A stretch of 64,000 nucleotides of DNA from Mobula hypostoma (lineage: Eukaryota): positions 8,680,001-8,744,000 of the forward strand of contig NC_086115.1 of assembly GCF_963921235.1 (NCBI RefSeq). The letters are read 5' to 3'. A program made the position numbers and the translations under genes. Positions 25,835 through 39,689 of the stretch are shown one piece after another (position 1 is the stretch's first letter; each line of letters starts with the position of its first letter). The notes under the pieces were generated by a model that had not been told where the DNA came from, made no database searches, and saw only the letters and a list, made by a program, of their open reading frames with translations.

Positions 25835-26799
25835 TATTACCAAAATCAAAACATATTGCTCTGCAATAAGAATCAAATATTCAGTGAAGCCTCACTAACA
25901 ATTTAACAAAATGGCAGTGCTGAAGAGGACATTCTTATTTCAATGTTACTTCGTGTTATTCCATTTCTTCAAACCAGGAGGGCTGTTGCCCCTCAAGCGG
26001 CTCCCTGGGATGGTTCACTGAGTGACAGAGGGACTTCCTCATTGCAAACTGTAGCGACATGGGATCACGACAACAATCCATGTCAGCAGAGCAAGAGAGC
26101 TGGTCATTGATTTCAGGAAGGGAGGCCAGAGGGAGTGGACGTAGTCCAGGAGCTGAGGTTGAGAGGTTGAAGTGAACATCACCAGCCACGGCCAAGAAAG
26201 TGCATCAGTACCCCTGCTTCCTCAGGAGGCTTTAAAATGGCAGGCCCAATCTGATGCTCACTATTTGTTATTGAGGCGCCATACAAAGCATCCTATCTGT
26301 ATCATTATGGCTTTGGCGGGGCCCGTGATGGCAAGAAACTGCAGACAATTACGGACACAGCTCAGAACATCAGGAGAACCAGTCTCCCCTCTGGGGGACT
26401 TGTCTACAGTTCTCTTGGCCTTAGAAAAGCAGTCTGCATAACCAAAGACCCCCAACCAGCATGGACTTTCTCTCTTCTCCCCCTCCCATCAGGTGGAAGA
26501 TATAAAGCCTTAGACGATTGAACGGACCTCTAGTACGTTAAAATGAACATCAATCATCACAATGTACCTTGCATCTTATTGTTACCTGCTATGCAATTTC
26601 TCTGTAACTCTAATACTTTATTCTGCATTGATTTTTGCTTTTCCTTTGTACAACCTCAGTGCACTGATGCAAAGAAACAATTTGCTCGGATGGCATGCAA
26701 AACAGTTTTTGGCATGTGACAATAACAAACCAATTTACTAATTATTTATTAGCCTATATAGTTTGTTTTATAATGCAATATTTTAAAATTGTGGTATTT

Positions 26800-27250
26800 T
26801 AAAGCAGCCGAGTCTAGACACATCTGCCGCTGGGAAGCAGGAATAAGTTTTTAGTGGCAGCGGAGCCTCCCGTCCCCAGTGGGTTTGAAACGCCGAGTGC
26901 GGGCGGGCCTATCCGGCCACCGTAAGCCGGAGGAAGATGGCGGCCGCGGAGCCGCAGGCTCGCTTCGGTCAGTCGGTGAAAGGTTTATTGTCGGAGAAAG
27001 TGTCCGCCTGCACCACGGATGTGATCGCGCTCACTAAGCAGATCTTGAAGGGCTCCCGCAGCTCCGAGGTATGGGCGGCGCATCGAGAAAAACAAGCCGC
27101 CGGCCCCTCCTCCCCCTTTAGGGGCCGGGTTGTGACCCAGGCCCAGGTGGGGTTCGTTGTTGGATCCCAAGTGCCGGGTCTCAGTCGCGGACTTGGTTTC
27201 CACTCCAATTCCTCCAGTTCCGTTTCTGGCCCAGGTCGCGTTTCATCCCC
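26800..27250 (+). promoter_or_regulatory. BORCS7 CpG-island promoter/first exon with a YY1 motif (AAGATGGCGGC, 26934-26944) over the start codon
   Basis: Local GC/CpG richness, a GC box (gggcgg) and a YY1 consensus match. Confidence 0.7.
26937..27068 (+). CDS. BORCS7: BORCS7 exon 1
   Basis: ATG in a CpG island; QARFGQSVKGLL...KGSRSSE; donor gtatgg. Confidence 0.95.
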
Positions 27251-27843
27251 TGCCCTCTGTGTGGAGGTTGATCGGTTCTTGGTTAGTCAGGGCGTCAAAG
27301 GTTGTGCAGGAGAATGGTGTTGAGAGGGTTAATAAATCAGCCACGACGGAATGGAGCAGACTCGATGGGCTGAATGGCCTAATCCTGTTCCTATGTCTTT
27401 CACTCCTCTTCCCCCTCCTCCCAGCCAATTGGGAATAGGATAGGAAACCTTGAATCTGGTGGTACTGTATATGTTTCAAGGACAGCTTCTATCCCACTGT
27501 TATCAGACTCTTGAGCAGACCTCTCCTATATTAAAGATGAACCCTTTATCTAAGGGAAAGTTATTGACCTGAGTGCCCTCTGAAATTGCTTAGGAAGTTA
27601 GTCAATATTTGTTATGCTGGCAATGCTGAGAGAGTACTGCACTGGTGGAGATGACATCTTTTGGATGGAATATGAGGAAGTACATAACATGCGGATGCAA
27701 ACAATCTCATCTCACAAGTTGACGTCATCTTGTTTGTACTTATTAAATCAGCTTCGTGAAAAGAACCACGGAAGAGCAAATCTATGTGTTTCTAAAGAAA
27801 GCAGAGAGTATTGGAGCAACACACTGGTGGACGGAGCATAGGT

Positions 27844-28262
27844 ACTGAGTCTCCCAATCTGCATCGGGTCTCACTGATGTACAGGAGGCTGCACCGGGAG
27901 CACCAGACACAGTATATGACCCCAACAGACTCACAGGTGAAGTGTTGCTTCACCTGGAAGGACTGTTTGGGGCCCTGTGTGGCAGTGAGGGAGGAGGTGT
28001 AGGGTCATTTGTTCCGCTTGCAAGCATATGTGCCAGGAGGGAGATCAGTGGGGAGGGATGAATGGACAAGGGAGTTGTGTAGGGAGCAATCCCTGTGAAA
28101 AGCAGGAAGTTAGGGGGAGGAAAGAAGTGCTTGGCGGTGGGAACCTGTCGGAGATGGCGGAAGTTTTGGGGAATTATGTGCTGGATGTGGAGGCTGGTGG
28201 GGCGGTAGGTGAGGACAAGAGGAACCCTATCCCTGGTAAGGTGGCAGGAGGATGGGGAATGG
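27844..28262 (-). mobile_element. Penelope-like GIY-YIG endonuclease remnant
   Basis: Reverse strand reads QGPKQSFQVKQHFTCESVGVIYCVWCSRCSLLYISETRCRLGD. Confidence 0.78.
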
Positions 28263-30811
28263 GGTAAGTATTGGAAATACTTGGGAGATCAGGCAGCATC
28301 TGAAGTGTACTAATAGAGTTAATAGTTCAATTCTTACAAAATCTCGTTGACCTGAAGGGTTCTTTTTATTTTCCCTGTTCATAGAAGCTGATATATGGCA
28401 GCCTCTTTATTTCATGACAATGAGATAAGGCTAGGTAGAAGCATGTTTAGAGCTTAAAACAAATAAATTGCTGGAAGAATTTGACAGGTCAAGCAGCATC
28501 TGTGGAGGCACAGTTCAGTTAGCCCCACACTCTTACTTCCTGTATTGCTGATCAGGGTCTCAGGTTCCGACGCTAAATGTTGGCCATTCCTTTATCTTCT
28601 CAGGTGCTTCTTCCAGAAGTTTATATTTTTGCTGAAAATGACCAGCCAGATAACAGTCTTGGGGAGGGGGACGGTAGAGTAGTGGTTAGTGTAAAACGTT
28701 ACAGCACCAGTGATAGGAAGATGGGGTTCCCTTCCCGCCGGTGTCTGGAGTTTCTATGTTCTCTTGTGCCTGTGTGAGTTTCCTTTGGGTGTTCCAGTTT
28801 CTTCCCACATTTCAAAGATCTAGCATTAGTAGGTTGAAGACATGCTATGTTGGTGCTGGAAGCATGGCAATACTTGTGGGCTGCCCCAGCACATTCTTGG
28901 ACTGAGCTGGTTGTTGACACAAAAACAACATGTTTCACTATGTTTTGATGCACCTGTGAATATTAAGCTGATCTTTAAGCTCTTCTTTAACAGTCAGAGG
29001 TGCTGTCTTTCAGAGAGAACACTAAACTGAAATTGCTTGTGCCCTCTTAAATTGACATCAAAGATCCTATGGTATTCAAAGGAATTATTGGCATTTTATC
29101 TACGTAACGTAAGAGACTTTAGATACTGGAATCTAGAGTGTTTTGAGTTTCTGGAAATGGTAACCTGGGATTTTGAGATATTTTCTGATGGTGTGATTGA
29201 ATGTCAGGGTAGATGGTTAGAGTTGATCATAGCCTGTCACATGTAGCGGTGAATATTACTTGCCACTTGCCACATATTAGCCCATGTCTGAATGCTTAGG
29301 TCTTGGCTGCCTCACTAATGGAGTTAAACATTCTGTAGTCTTCAGTAAGCATCTGACCTTATGCCAGAAGGAAGGTTATTAAAAACGCCTGAGGAATTAA
29401 TGGTGAGATGCTCTGGGAAAAGGGTGATCGATGACCTTTCTCTGAGGCATAACTCGAACCCTTAAGAGTGTTTTTCTCCTTGATATCTATTGGCTCTGCT
29501 TACCACAGCTCCTCAATATCACACACAGGTGAACACTGCACTGATTTTAAGGGCAGCTGCACGCTCCTCACCCCTGCTGTTCTACTGCGTGTTTCATGTT
29601 CGGACCATGGTTGTGACGGTGTCTGGTGCTGAGTGATCCTGGTAAAACCTAAACAAGGTATCCGTCCGGCCATCTTCACAGTGCATTGAGGCAGGAAGAT
29701 TGACAGCGTCAGCAAGGATGGCAGTCACCCTGGCCATTCCCCTTTGCTCTCTTCTACCTTAGTGGAGCTTGAAAGCCCGGACAGCCAGACTGAAAAACAG
29801 CTTCTCCTCCACTACTATCAGATCTCTGAAGCAGTCACCCTCTCTCACATTCCCTTCCTGGTGGGGCTGTGATATTCAACTGCTTTTGTTATTGTCACTT
29901 TAACAGTTCATTTTGCACTGTTACACTTTGTACCATTCTGTTGTTTTCCACTTGTTGCTGTATTTATTTTTACATTTATTATTACCAACGATTCTATTTA
30001 TAAGCTTCACATGAGCAAGGAGTTTCATTATGGCCTTGTGTATTTAACAATAAGCCAATCTGAAGTGGAAAAGACTGTATTCCAACTGAAGGAGTAACAA
30101 GTTCTCAGGTGCAGACAGTATTTACATTGAATGTAGTGTTGAGTGTCTTTCGTGACTCCAAATCTCAATAGCCTGTACCTCGTTACCAGATTTCCAGTAA
30201 GATAATAATCAGAAGCAGGTTTAATATTATTGGCGTATGTCATGAAATTTGTTGTTTCCCTGTGTTGCTCAGGAATTCCAGCATCTGCAGAATCTCTTGT
30301 GTTATGTCTTTACAAACTATCATCACAAATAACCCAATGTGCTTGTTGACATAACAAAGTCAGTCGAGTTTTTATTGTCATCAGCACATATGTGCACAGA
30401 TCCAGTGAAAAACTTACTTGCAGCAACATCACAGACACATAGCATGAAATAAGCGGCATTCACAAGTAAAGCATAAATTTAAATTCTACATTTTTTTTAC
30501 AAGAAAGAACGTACAGTGCCTTGAAAAAGTATTCAACCCCCACAACTATTTTCACACTTTACTGTCTCATTTTCTAAATTTAAAATATATTGAAGGATTT
30601 TTGAGCTAATCTACAAAACATTGTTTATTATGTCAAATCAAAAGAAAAATTCCGAAACCTGTCAAAAATGTGCCATAAGTTTAAGAAACAAAAATGTGAG
30701 GCTGAAAAAATATTCATCTATTTTGTAATTACTATGCTATCTTTCCTCAACTGCAATTACCTTGCCAACTCACCCAACATGGCGATGTAGAAATCACCTG
30801 TTTCAATGACT

Positions 30812-33745
30812 TCATAACCATATAACTATATAACAATTACAGCATGGAAAACGGCCATCTAGTCTGTGCTGAACTCTTACCCTCACCTAGTTCCACCGTC
30901 CTGCACTCAGCCCATGACCCTGCATTCCTTTCCTGTCCATATAGCTATCCAATTTAACTTTAAATGGCAACATCGAACCTGCCTCTACCACTTTGGCTGG
31001 AAGCTCGTTCCACACAGCTACCACTCTCTGAGTAAAGAAGTTTCCCCTCATGTTACCACTAAACTTTTGCCCTTTAACTCTCAACTCATGTCCTCTTGTT
31101 TGAATCTCCCCCACTTTAAATGGAAAAAGCCTATCCACGTCAACTTTATCTATCCCCCTCATAATTTTAAATACCTCTATCAAGTCCCCCCTGAACCTTC
31201 TATGCTCCAAAGAATAAAGACCCAACTTGTTCAACCTTTTCTCTGTAATTTAGGAGATGAAACCCAGGTAACATTCTAGTAAATCTTTTCTGTACTCTCT
31301 CAATTTTGTTGACATCTTTCCTATAATTCGGTGACCAGAACTGTACACAATACTCCAAATTTGGCCTTACCAATGCCTTGTACAATTGCAACATTACATC
31401 CTAACTCCTATACTCAATGCTCTGATTTATAAAGGCCAGCATACCAAAAGCTTTCTTCACCACTCTATCCACATGAGATTCCACCTTCAGGGAACTATGC
31501 ACCATTATTCCTAAATCCCTCTGTTCTACTGGATTCTTCAATGCCCTACCATTTAGGAAACTGGAGGTCCATGAGGTGGAGAGGGTCAGTAACTTTAAAT
31601 CCCTTAGTGTTATCATTTCAGAGGACATGTCCTGGGCCCAGCATGTAATTACAATTACAATAAAAACAGAACAGTGCCTCTACTTAACAGTTTGTGAAAA
31701 TTTGGCATGATATCTAAGACTTTGACAAAAAAAAAGGTGAATTGATTATGGGGAGCAAGGACATGGCAGACCAATTGAATAATTACTTTGGTTCTGTCTT
31801 CACTAAGGAGGACATAAATAATCTTCCAGAAATAGTAAGGGACAGAGGATCCAGTGAGATGGAGGAACTGAGCAAAATACAAGTTAGTAGGGAAGTGGTG
31901 TTAGGTAAATTGAAGGGATTGAAGGCAGATAAATCCCCAGGGCCAGATGGTCTGCATCCTAGAGTGCTTAAGGAGGTAGCCCAAGAAATAGTGGATGCAT
32001 TAGTGATAATTTTTCAAAACTCGTTAGATTCTGGACTAGTTCCTGAGGATTGGAGGGTGGCTAATGTAACCCCACTTTTTAAAAAAGGAGGGAGAGAGAA
32101 ACCGGGGAATTATAGACCGGTTAGCCTAACGTCGGTGGTGGGGAAACTGCTGGAGTCAGTTATCAAGGATGTGATAACAGCACATTTGGAAAGCGGTGAA
32201 ATGATCGGACAAAGTCAGCATGGATTTGTGAAAGGAAAATCATGTCTGACGAATCTCATAGAATTTTTTGAGGATGTAACTAGTAGACTGGATAGGGGAG
32301 AACCAGTGGATGTGGTATATTTGGATTTTCAAAAGGCTTTTGACAAGGTCCCACACAGGAGATTAGTGTGCAAACTTAAAGCACACGGTATTGGGGGTAA
32401 GGTATTGGTGTGGGTGGAGAATTGGTTAGCAGACAGGAAGCAAAGAGTGGGAATAAACGGGACCTTTTCAGAATGGCAGGCGGTGACTAGTGGGGTACCG
32501 CAAGGCTCAGTGCTGGGACCCCAGTTGTTTACAATATATATTAATGACTTGGATGAGGGAATTAAATGCAGCATCTCCAAGTTTGCGGATGACACGAAGC
32601 TGGGTGGCAGTGTTAGCTGTGAGGAGGATGCTAAGAGGATGCAGGGTGACTTGGATAGGTTGGGTGAGTGGGCAAATTCATGGCAGATGCAATTTAATGT
32701 GGATAAATGTGAAGTTATCCACTTTGGTGGCAAAAATAGGAAAACAGATTATTATCTGAATGGTGGCCGATTAGGAAAAGGGGAGGTGCAACGAGACCTG
32801 GGTGTCATTATACACCAGTCATTGAAAGTGGGCATGCAGGTACAGCAGGCGGTGAAAAAGGCGAATGGTATGCTGGCATTTATAGCGAGAGGATTCGAGT
32901 ACGGGAGCAGGGAGGTACTACTGCAGTTGTACAAGGCCTTGGTGAGACCACACCTGGAGTATTGTGTGCAGTTTTGGTCCCCTAATCTGAGGAAAGACAT
33001 CTTTGCCATAGAGGGAGTACAAAGAAGGTTCACCAGATTGATTCCTGGGATGGCAGGACTTTCATATGAAGAAAGACTGGATGAACTGGGCTTGTACTCA
33101 TTGGAATTTAGAAGATTGAGGGGGGATCTGATTGAAACGTATAAGATCCTAAAGGGATTGGACAGGCTAGATGCAGGAAGATTGTTCCCGATGTTGGGGA
33201 AGTCCAGAACGAGGGGTCACAGTTTGAGGATAGAGGGGAAGCCTTTTAGGACCGAGATTAGGAAAAACTTCTTCACACAGAGAGTGGTGAATCTGTGGAA
33301 TTCTCTGCCACAGGAAACAGTTGAGGCCAGTTCATTGGCTATATTTAAGAGGGAGTTAGATATGGCCCTTGTGGCTACGGGGGTCGGGGGGTATGGAGGG
33401 AAGGCTGGGGCGGGGTTCTGAGTTGGATGATCAGCCATGATCATAATAAATGGCGGTGTAGGCTTGAAGGGCCGAATGGCCTACTCCTGCACCTATTTTC
33501 TATGTTTCTATTTACCACGTATGTCCTATTTTGATTAGTCCTACCAAAATGTAGCACCTCACATTTATCAGCATTAATCTCCATCTGCCATCTTTCAGCC
33601 CACTCTTCTAACTGGCCTAAATCTCTTTGCAACCTTTGGAAACCTACTTCATTATCCACAACTCCACCTATCTTAGTATCATCTGCATACTTACTAATCC
33701 AATTTACCACCCCGTCATCCAGATCATTAATATACATGACAAACA
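30812..33745 (-). mobile_element. Older CR1 LINE on the minus strand, split (30812-31555 and 33510-33745) by the insertion at 31556-33509
   Basis: ORF pieces YADDTKIGG...NRTYVVN and GRALKN...LYKALVRPNLEYC...NFFTQRVV join across the insertion. Confidence 0.88.
31728..33510 (+). mobile_element. Young 5'-truncated CR1 LINE with an uninterrupted 559-aa ORF2 reverse-transcriptase part (31742-33421) and 3' tail
   Basis: KSPGPDG, PGNYRPVSLTS, YLDFQKAFDKV, GVPQGSVLGP and KFADD motifs; ends in a ctatgtttcta tail. Confidence 0.95.
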
Positions 33746-35032
33746 AGAATAAATAACCCCTCTCTGTTTGAGGTCCAACAGTATATCAGAGTTTCAATGG
33801 ACCAAACCAAAATTAAGTTGAAAGAGCATTCAAGACAAGTGAGGGAAATGTTAATAGAGAAGTACACATCTGGGGAAGGGTACAAGAGCATCTCAAAGAC
33901 GCTGAACATACCTTGGAGCTCGGCACAGTCCATTGTGGAAAAAGTGGAAAAAATATGAAACTATAGCCATGTCTAGGTCAGGAGAAGAATAGCACTTGTA
34001 AGAGAGGACGTTAAGAGTGAGCTGCAGAAGTCAGTCACTGCAACTAGAGATGAGGTTCATGGCTCCACACCCTCTAAGGCCTTGCATAAAAGGGCATTTA
34101 TGGAAGAGTGACAGGAAAGAGCCCTGGCTATATAAAGGAAAAGCATATCCTTGCCCATAAAGACTTTGCAAAGCATCACTTAGAAGATACTATAAAGATG
34201 TGAAAGAAGGTCTTGTGGTTGGATGACACTAAAGTGGAACTTTTTGACCTCAACACTAAACAGTACATGTGGCGTAAATCTAAGATTACATATCACCCAA
34301 GTAACACCATCCCTACTGTAAAGTATAGAGGAGTTAGTATCATGCTATTGGGAAGCTTTTCAGCAGCAAGGACTGGAAATCTGGTCAGGATTGATGGGAA
34401 GGTGAATGCTGCTAAATGTAGAAAGATCCTGAATAAAAACCTGCTAGCCTCTGCCAGAATGCTTAAACTGGAGAGGAATTTCATCTTTCAGCAGGACAAC
34501 AACTCAAAGCACACTGCCAGAACAACCATAGAGTGGTTTCAAATTAAGAAAATTGATGTCCTTGAGTGGCCCAGTCAGAGACCCGACCATAATCCTATCG
34601 AACATCTCTGGCAAGGCCTCAGGATTGTTGAACCTGGCACAGCATGAACAATTTTGCAAGGAGGAATGGGCATATTTTATTCTATCACATTATGCAAAGC
34701 TAATACAGACTTATCCAAAAAGACTACTGGCTGTAATCGCTGCAAGAGGTGGTTGAGCAAAAAGGGATGGATACTTCTGAGGTGCTGACGTTTCAGTTTT
34801 AAAATTTCTGGGTTTGCATGCCTTACAGGTTTTTGGGCTCTACTGTGAAAAAAAGCATGTGATTCACAAATAAAAGTTCTCAGTTAAATTGATCAAAATC
34901 CCTGCTTGTAATACTCATTTATGTGAACAAAGCGTTGGGGCTGAGTACTTTTGCAAGACAAGTGATCAGAAGGTTGCTAAACAAATGCAGCGTGTTTAAA
35001 TGAGTAATTTTGAGTTGACTTTTCCATTGCAG

Positions 35033-35095
35033 CTCCTGGGTCAGGCAGCTAGAAACATGGTGATGCAGGAGGACTCCATTCTGCACTCTGAGGAT
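35033..35095 (+). CDS. BORCS7: BORCS7 exon 2 (LLGQAARNMVMQEDSILHSED)
   Basis: 63 nt; ttgcag acceptor, gtaagt donor. Confidence 0.95.
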
Positions 35096-35186
35096 GTAAG
35101 TACTCTTTGTGATGACTCTATTTCTCTCCAGATGCTGCCTGCCTTACTGATTATTTGCAACATTCCCTGGAGCACACTTGTAGATA

Positions 35187-35656
35187 CTCTCGGTGGCCAT
35201 TTTATTAGGTACGGGAGTGGAACCCAGTATGGTCTTCCACTGCTGTAGCCCATCCACTTCAAGGTTTGATGTGTTATGCCGTCAGCGATTCTTTTCTTCA
35301 TACCACAGCTGTAATACGTGATTATTTGAGTTACTGTCGCTGTCCAGTCAGCTTGAGCCAGTCTCTCTCATTAACAAGGCATTTCCGCCCATGAACTGCT
35401 GCTCACTGGATTTTTTTTTTCGCACCATTCTTTGTAAACTCCAGAGACTGTTGTGTGTGGAAATCCAAGGAGATCAACAGTTTCTGAGATACTCAAACCA
35501 TTTCATCAGGCACCAACAATCATTCCATGGTCAAAGTAATTTAGATCACATTTCTTCCCCATTCTGATATTCGGTCTTTTGAGTTGCAGCTACCTGATTG
35601 GTTGATTAGATATTAATATTAATGAGCAGGTGTACTGAAAAAGTGGCCACTGAGTG
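35187..35656. mobile_element. Non-autonomous Tc1-like element
   Basis: TA-flanked TIRs ctctcggtggccattttattaggtac ... gtactgaaaaagtggccactgagtg. Confidence 0.8.
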
Positions 35657-36179
35657 TATGTTGCTGTAATCATCTCGATTGTCCCCTCACACATGCTTTT
35701 TGCAATGTGACAGCAGTACAGTATTAGTTTTACTTCACTGAAAAACTCTTGCTTTCTTGCCTGAAGTCCACAATTAGTTCCTTGGTCTTGCTAACATTGA
35801 GTGCGAGGTTCTTACTGCGATACCTCTGAACCAGCCAATCTATCTCACTTGCAAAATCCCAAGGTGTATTACTCCAATAGTCCGGCATGCTTGTGAATTT
35901 GCTTGGACTGAATTTGAAGATTTCCCAGACTATCTGACATTACCAGTCCTCAGTGCATATTAATTCACCTCGTAGATAGTATACTATGTAAATTTCCCTC
36001 TGAACCTGCTAAGTTTAGAGTGAATCTATAAGCCAGACACTGGTGATGGAAGGGGACATGGCATACCTTGCTTGGTAATTGGTTTATTATTTTCACATGT
36101 ACCAGAGACCAATTCATCACATCACACAAACAGGGGAAAAACAATAACAGAATGCAGAATAAATTGTTACTGTTACAGA

Positions 36180-36682
36180 TCTAAGAAAGGGTGTGCTGAC
36201 ATTGGAGAGGATCCAGAATAGGTTTACGTGAATGACCCTGGGAATGAAAAACATTTGGTGGCACTGGGCCTGTACGCTCCAGAGTTTAGAGGAATAGTGG
36301 CGTGACAGTGTAGGGAATCTCATTGAAACCTACCGAACATTGAAAGCCCTAGATAAAGTGGACGTGGAAATGATATTTCTAACAGTGTGAGAGTCCAGGA
36401 CCAGAGGGCCTCAGAATAGAAGGATGTCCCTTTAGAACAGGGATAAGGAAGAATTTCTTTAGCCAGAGGGTGGTGAATCTGTGAAATTCATTGCCACAGA
36501 CAGCTGTGGAGGCCAAGTGATTGGATATATTTAAAGTAGAGGTTGATAGGTTCTTGATTACTAAGGGTATCAAAGGTAATGGGAGAAGACAGGAGAATGG
36601 GGTTGAAAGTAAATCAGCCATGATTGAATGGCGGAGCAGACTCAGTGGGCTGAATGGCCTCATATTACTCTTGTGTCTTATG
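36180..36682 (+). mobile_element. CR1 LINE 3' fragment
   Basis: Same 3' signature as the 14960 copy. Confidence 0.75.
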
Positions 36683-36979
36683 GAAAGAAAGTGCAGTGCA
36701 GGTAGAATAGTGTGCAAGGCCATGATGTGGGAAATTGTGAGGTCTAGAGTCCCTGTAATGAGACAATAGGTTCATTCAGTAATCTTATTGAAATTTTTCA
36801 CAGTACTGTACCTCGGTACGTGTGACAATAATACGTCAACTTAACTTACTCATCCTCCAGAAAGAGTGTCTCAACAGCAAACAGGAAGCAAGCCTGCAAG
36901 GATGACTGACATTTTGTGGGTGTGCTTTTTGTTTACTGTTATGAGAAATTGATAAGACGGGACATCAACAGCCAGATTC

Positions 36980-37910
36980 TCAAAAGTTCACTTATTATCA
37001 AAGTATACAACTCTGAAATTCTCCTTCTCCGGGTAGCCATGAAACCAAGAGGGAAAAGAAAGGCAGCACGATCATCAACCCCAAATTCCACTTCCCCACA
37101 CAAAAAAATGAACATAAACAGAATAGGCACATTAATCCCCAAATCCCCCTCCCCACACAAAAAAAACAAACAAAAACAGAACAGGCACATCGACACCCAA
37201 ATCCCCCTCCCCACACAAAAAACAAACAAAAACAGAACAGGCACATCAACCCCCTCCCTGCACAAAAAGAAGAACAAAAACAGTATCGGCGCATCGACCC
37301 CCAAATTCCCCTCCCTCCACAAAAAAAAACAAAAACAGCACAGGAGCATCAACCCCCCCAAATCCCCTTCCCTGCACAAAAAAACCCAAACAAAACGGAA
37401 CAGGTACATCGACCCCCAAATCCCCCTCCCTGCACAAAAAAATGAAAAATAGAACAGGCACATCAACTCCCAAATCCCTCCCCCCACCCCACACAAAAAC
37501 TCGAGAAAGATCAGGCAAAAAACGACTGGGGGAAAAAAGTTTATTGTCCAAGTCCATATCCAAAATGCAGAAAACCTGAGTAGCATTCTCTGGGCACAGT
37601 GGCAGGCTCCCCCCCTCTCCGGCAGCGCCTGCATTTGCCTTGATGTTTCAATCTCCCTTGTCACTTTAATCGGGGCACAACGGGAGCTTTAATTGGCGAA
37701 ATAGAGTCAAACATCGGTTTGCGCCCCGTCCCACAGCCAACTCGCCACGAGGTTTGCGCACGCTGCCTCTGTCTCCCGGAATCCTCTCAGAGATCGCAGA
37801 GTGCTGGAACACCCAAACAATCTCCAAACAGGCTCCAACAGTACCAGAATCACAGCCAAGAAAAAACAACAAAAGTAAAAGATATAAAAGAAGTGAAATT
37901 ATCTAAGAAA
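36980..37910 (-). mobile_element. Non-autonomous retroelement with a Rex-type tail and an internal ~55-60 bp tandem sub-repeat; truncated copy at about 11831-12027
   Basis: The two copies share ttatcaaagtatacaactctgaaatt...aagcagcacgatcatcaac; repeated ccccaaatccccctcccYRcacaaaaaa...aacaggcacatc units at 37080-37500. Confidence 0.7.
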
Positions 37911-38430
37911 CTTTCCATATATAGATACAACCCTGGTAGCTATCACATATTGCTTACACTTGTGTGTATCTAAAAATCGGCGGCTATAAAATAACTTGCT
38001 CAAAGTAATGGAGGAGAGCTCAAATTTGTTATATTATAGCAGGGAAGCTGTACAATTAAGGAAGGTTTTTATTTATATAACCTCTTTCACAAAAAGGACA
38101 TCCCATTAAAAACATTAGGTGCTGTTTACAGTGTAGGGACAGTTATAATGGGGGACACGTGTCAGGAAAGTGCTAGATTGTTTTTCACATGCCAGGAAGC
38201 TTACACACAGCAAGCTAATCAAAATAGCATAGTTGTAATGTTTGGATCATCTGTTGTAGTTTTGAATATATTTTAACACCCATTGGAGAACATGTCCCAA
38301 TCCATTTCATAACTTAATACAGTAATCAAGCATCTTTTACTTGCTTTATTTTTCATTTCACTCTTGCTGATATTTTCATGTCTTCACACTTACCATAATG
38401 TTTTCAATATTTTCTCCTTGTTTTGGGCAG

Positions 38431-38474
38431 AGCTTGCGTAAAATGTCAATCATAACAACACATCTGCAATACCA
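38431..38474 (+). CDS. BORCS7: BORCS7 exon 3 (SLRKMSIITTHLQY)
   Basis: 44 nt; gggcag acceptor, gtaagt donor. Confidence 0.94.
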
Positions 38475-39689
38475 GTAAGTATTATTCCTTTGATTTTCCT
38501 GTTGTTTCCATCTTTCCCCTTCCCCTGACCCATCCCATCTCAGTTTAACTTTACATCCCAAAACTATGTCCAGTATGGCCATGATGCAGGCCAAAGAATT
38601 GTGTCCAGTTATTTTTAAAGTACTTTATATTTGTTCAGTCTAAAAACCACAGTTGCAGAAATTTTAGAGCAGCATTGCTGGATCCTGGAAGCCTGCAGGT
38701 CTGGTGTGGGTGGGGGGAGAGGAAGGAACAGAGGAGAAGAACAGCAAGGAAGTTACCATTAAACAGGACTAACTGGTAAATAACTATCAGTCCTGATGAA
38801 TGTTCTCAGCCTGAAGCATCAACTGTTTATTCATCTCTATAGTTGCTGCCTGACCTGCTGAGTTCCTCCAGCATTTTGTGTGTGTTGCTTTAGACTTCCA
38901 GCATCTGCAGACTTTCTTGTGTTTATATCACTATTAACAATTCATTTCAATTATAAAGACATTTATCAATGTAAATGTGAAAAGGCTTTAACCAACAATG
39001 ATCAATATGATTTAATTAGAAATGTGTTTGAAAATAAGCCAATTTTAAACCCTGCTAAATGAGGGGAAGTGCTACAGAAGGTTTATAGCACTGTGTGAAT
39101 CTGGCATTGACACACTATTGTTAACATGATTTTCTGTGAACTTTGCTGTCTTCAGCTCTGAGGAAACTAAGTTAGATTTATGAAATCCCGGATAGGCTAT
39201 ATGGGGAACGGATTCCTGTTATCCACGAGGTTAATAAACAAAGAGTATAGATTTAAAGAAGGTGGTGAGAAGGTTATAAGGGAATTGAGGAACAGCTTCT
39301 TCTCCTCTGCCATCCGATTCCTAAATGGACATTGAACCCTTGGACACTACTTCATTTTTTAAATATATATTATTTCTGTTCTTTACATGATTTTTAGTCA
39401 ATTCAATATATGTATACCATTATTTATTTATTATTTTATTTGGTTTTTTCTTCTATATTATGTAATGCATTGAACTGCTGCTGCTAAGTTAACAAATTTC
39501 ACGTCACATGCCGGTGATAATAAACCTGATTCTGATTCTGAGGAAAAACTGTTTAATCAAAGAGTGTTTGATGACTGGAATTCACTTCCTGAGGGGAGGG
39601 TGAAGACAGGAATCCTCACTGTGTAAAAACTGACTGGGTGAGCTTATAGTCCAAGAAGCTGGCAAATGGGAGGTGGGGAGAGAGCTTCT

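Larger units (their letters stand above)
30514..34964 (+). mobile_element. Tc1/mariner DNA transposon (decayed), interrupted by nested CR1s
   Basis: TA followed by the cagtgccttgaaaaagtattcaacccc left TIR; degenerate right TIR at about 34935-34964; transposase remnant 33800-34756 (DDTKVELF, FQQDNNSKH, WPSQRPDHNPIEHLW). Confidence 0.88.

Noticed and set aside
27069-27323. Continuation of the BORCS7 exon 1 ORF
   Set aside because: It reads through the splice donor into intron and CR1 sequence.
31742-33421. 559-aa ORF as a host gene or autonomous element
   Set aside because: It is a 5'-truncated CR1 ORF2 lacking endonuclease, ORF1 and promoter.
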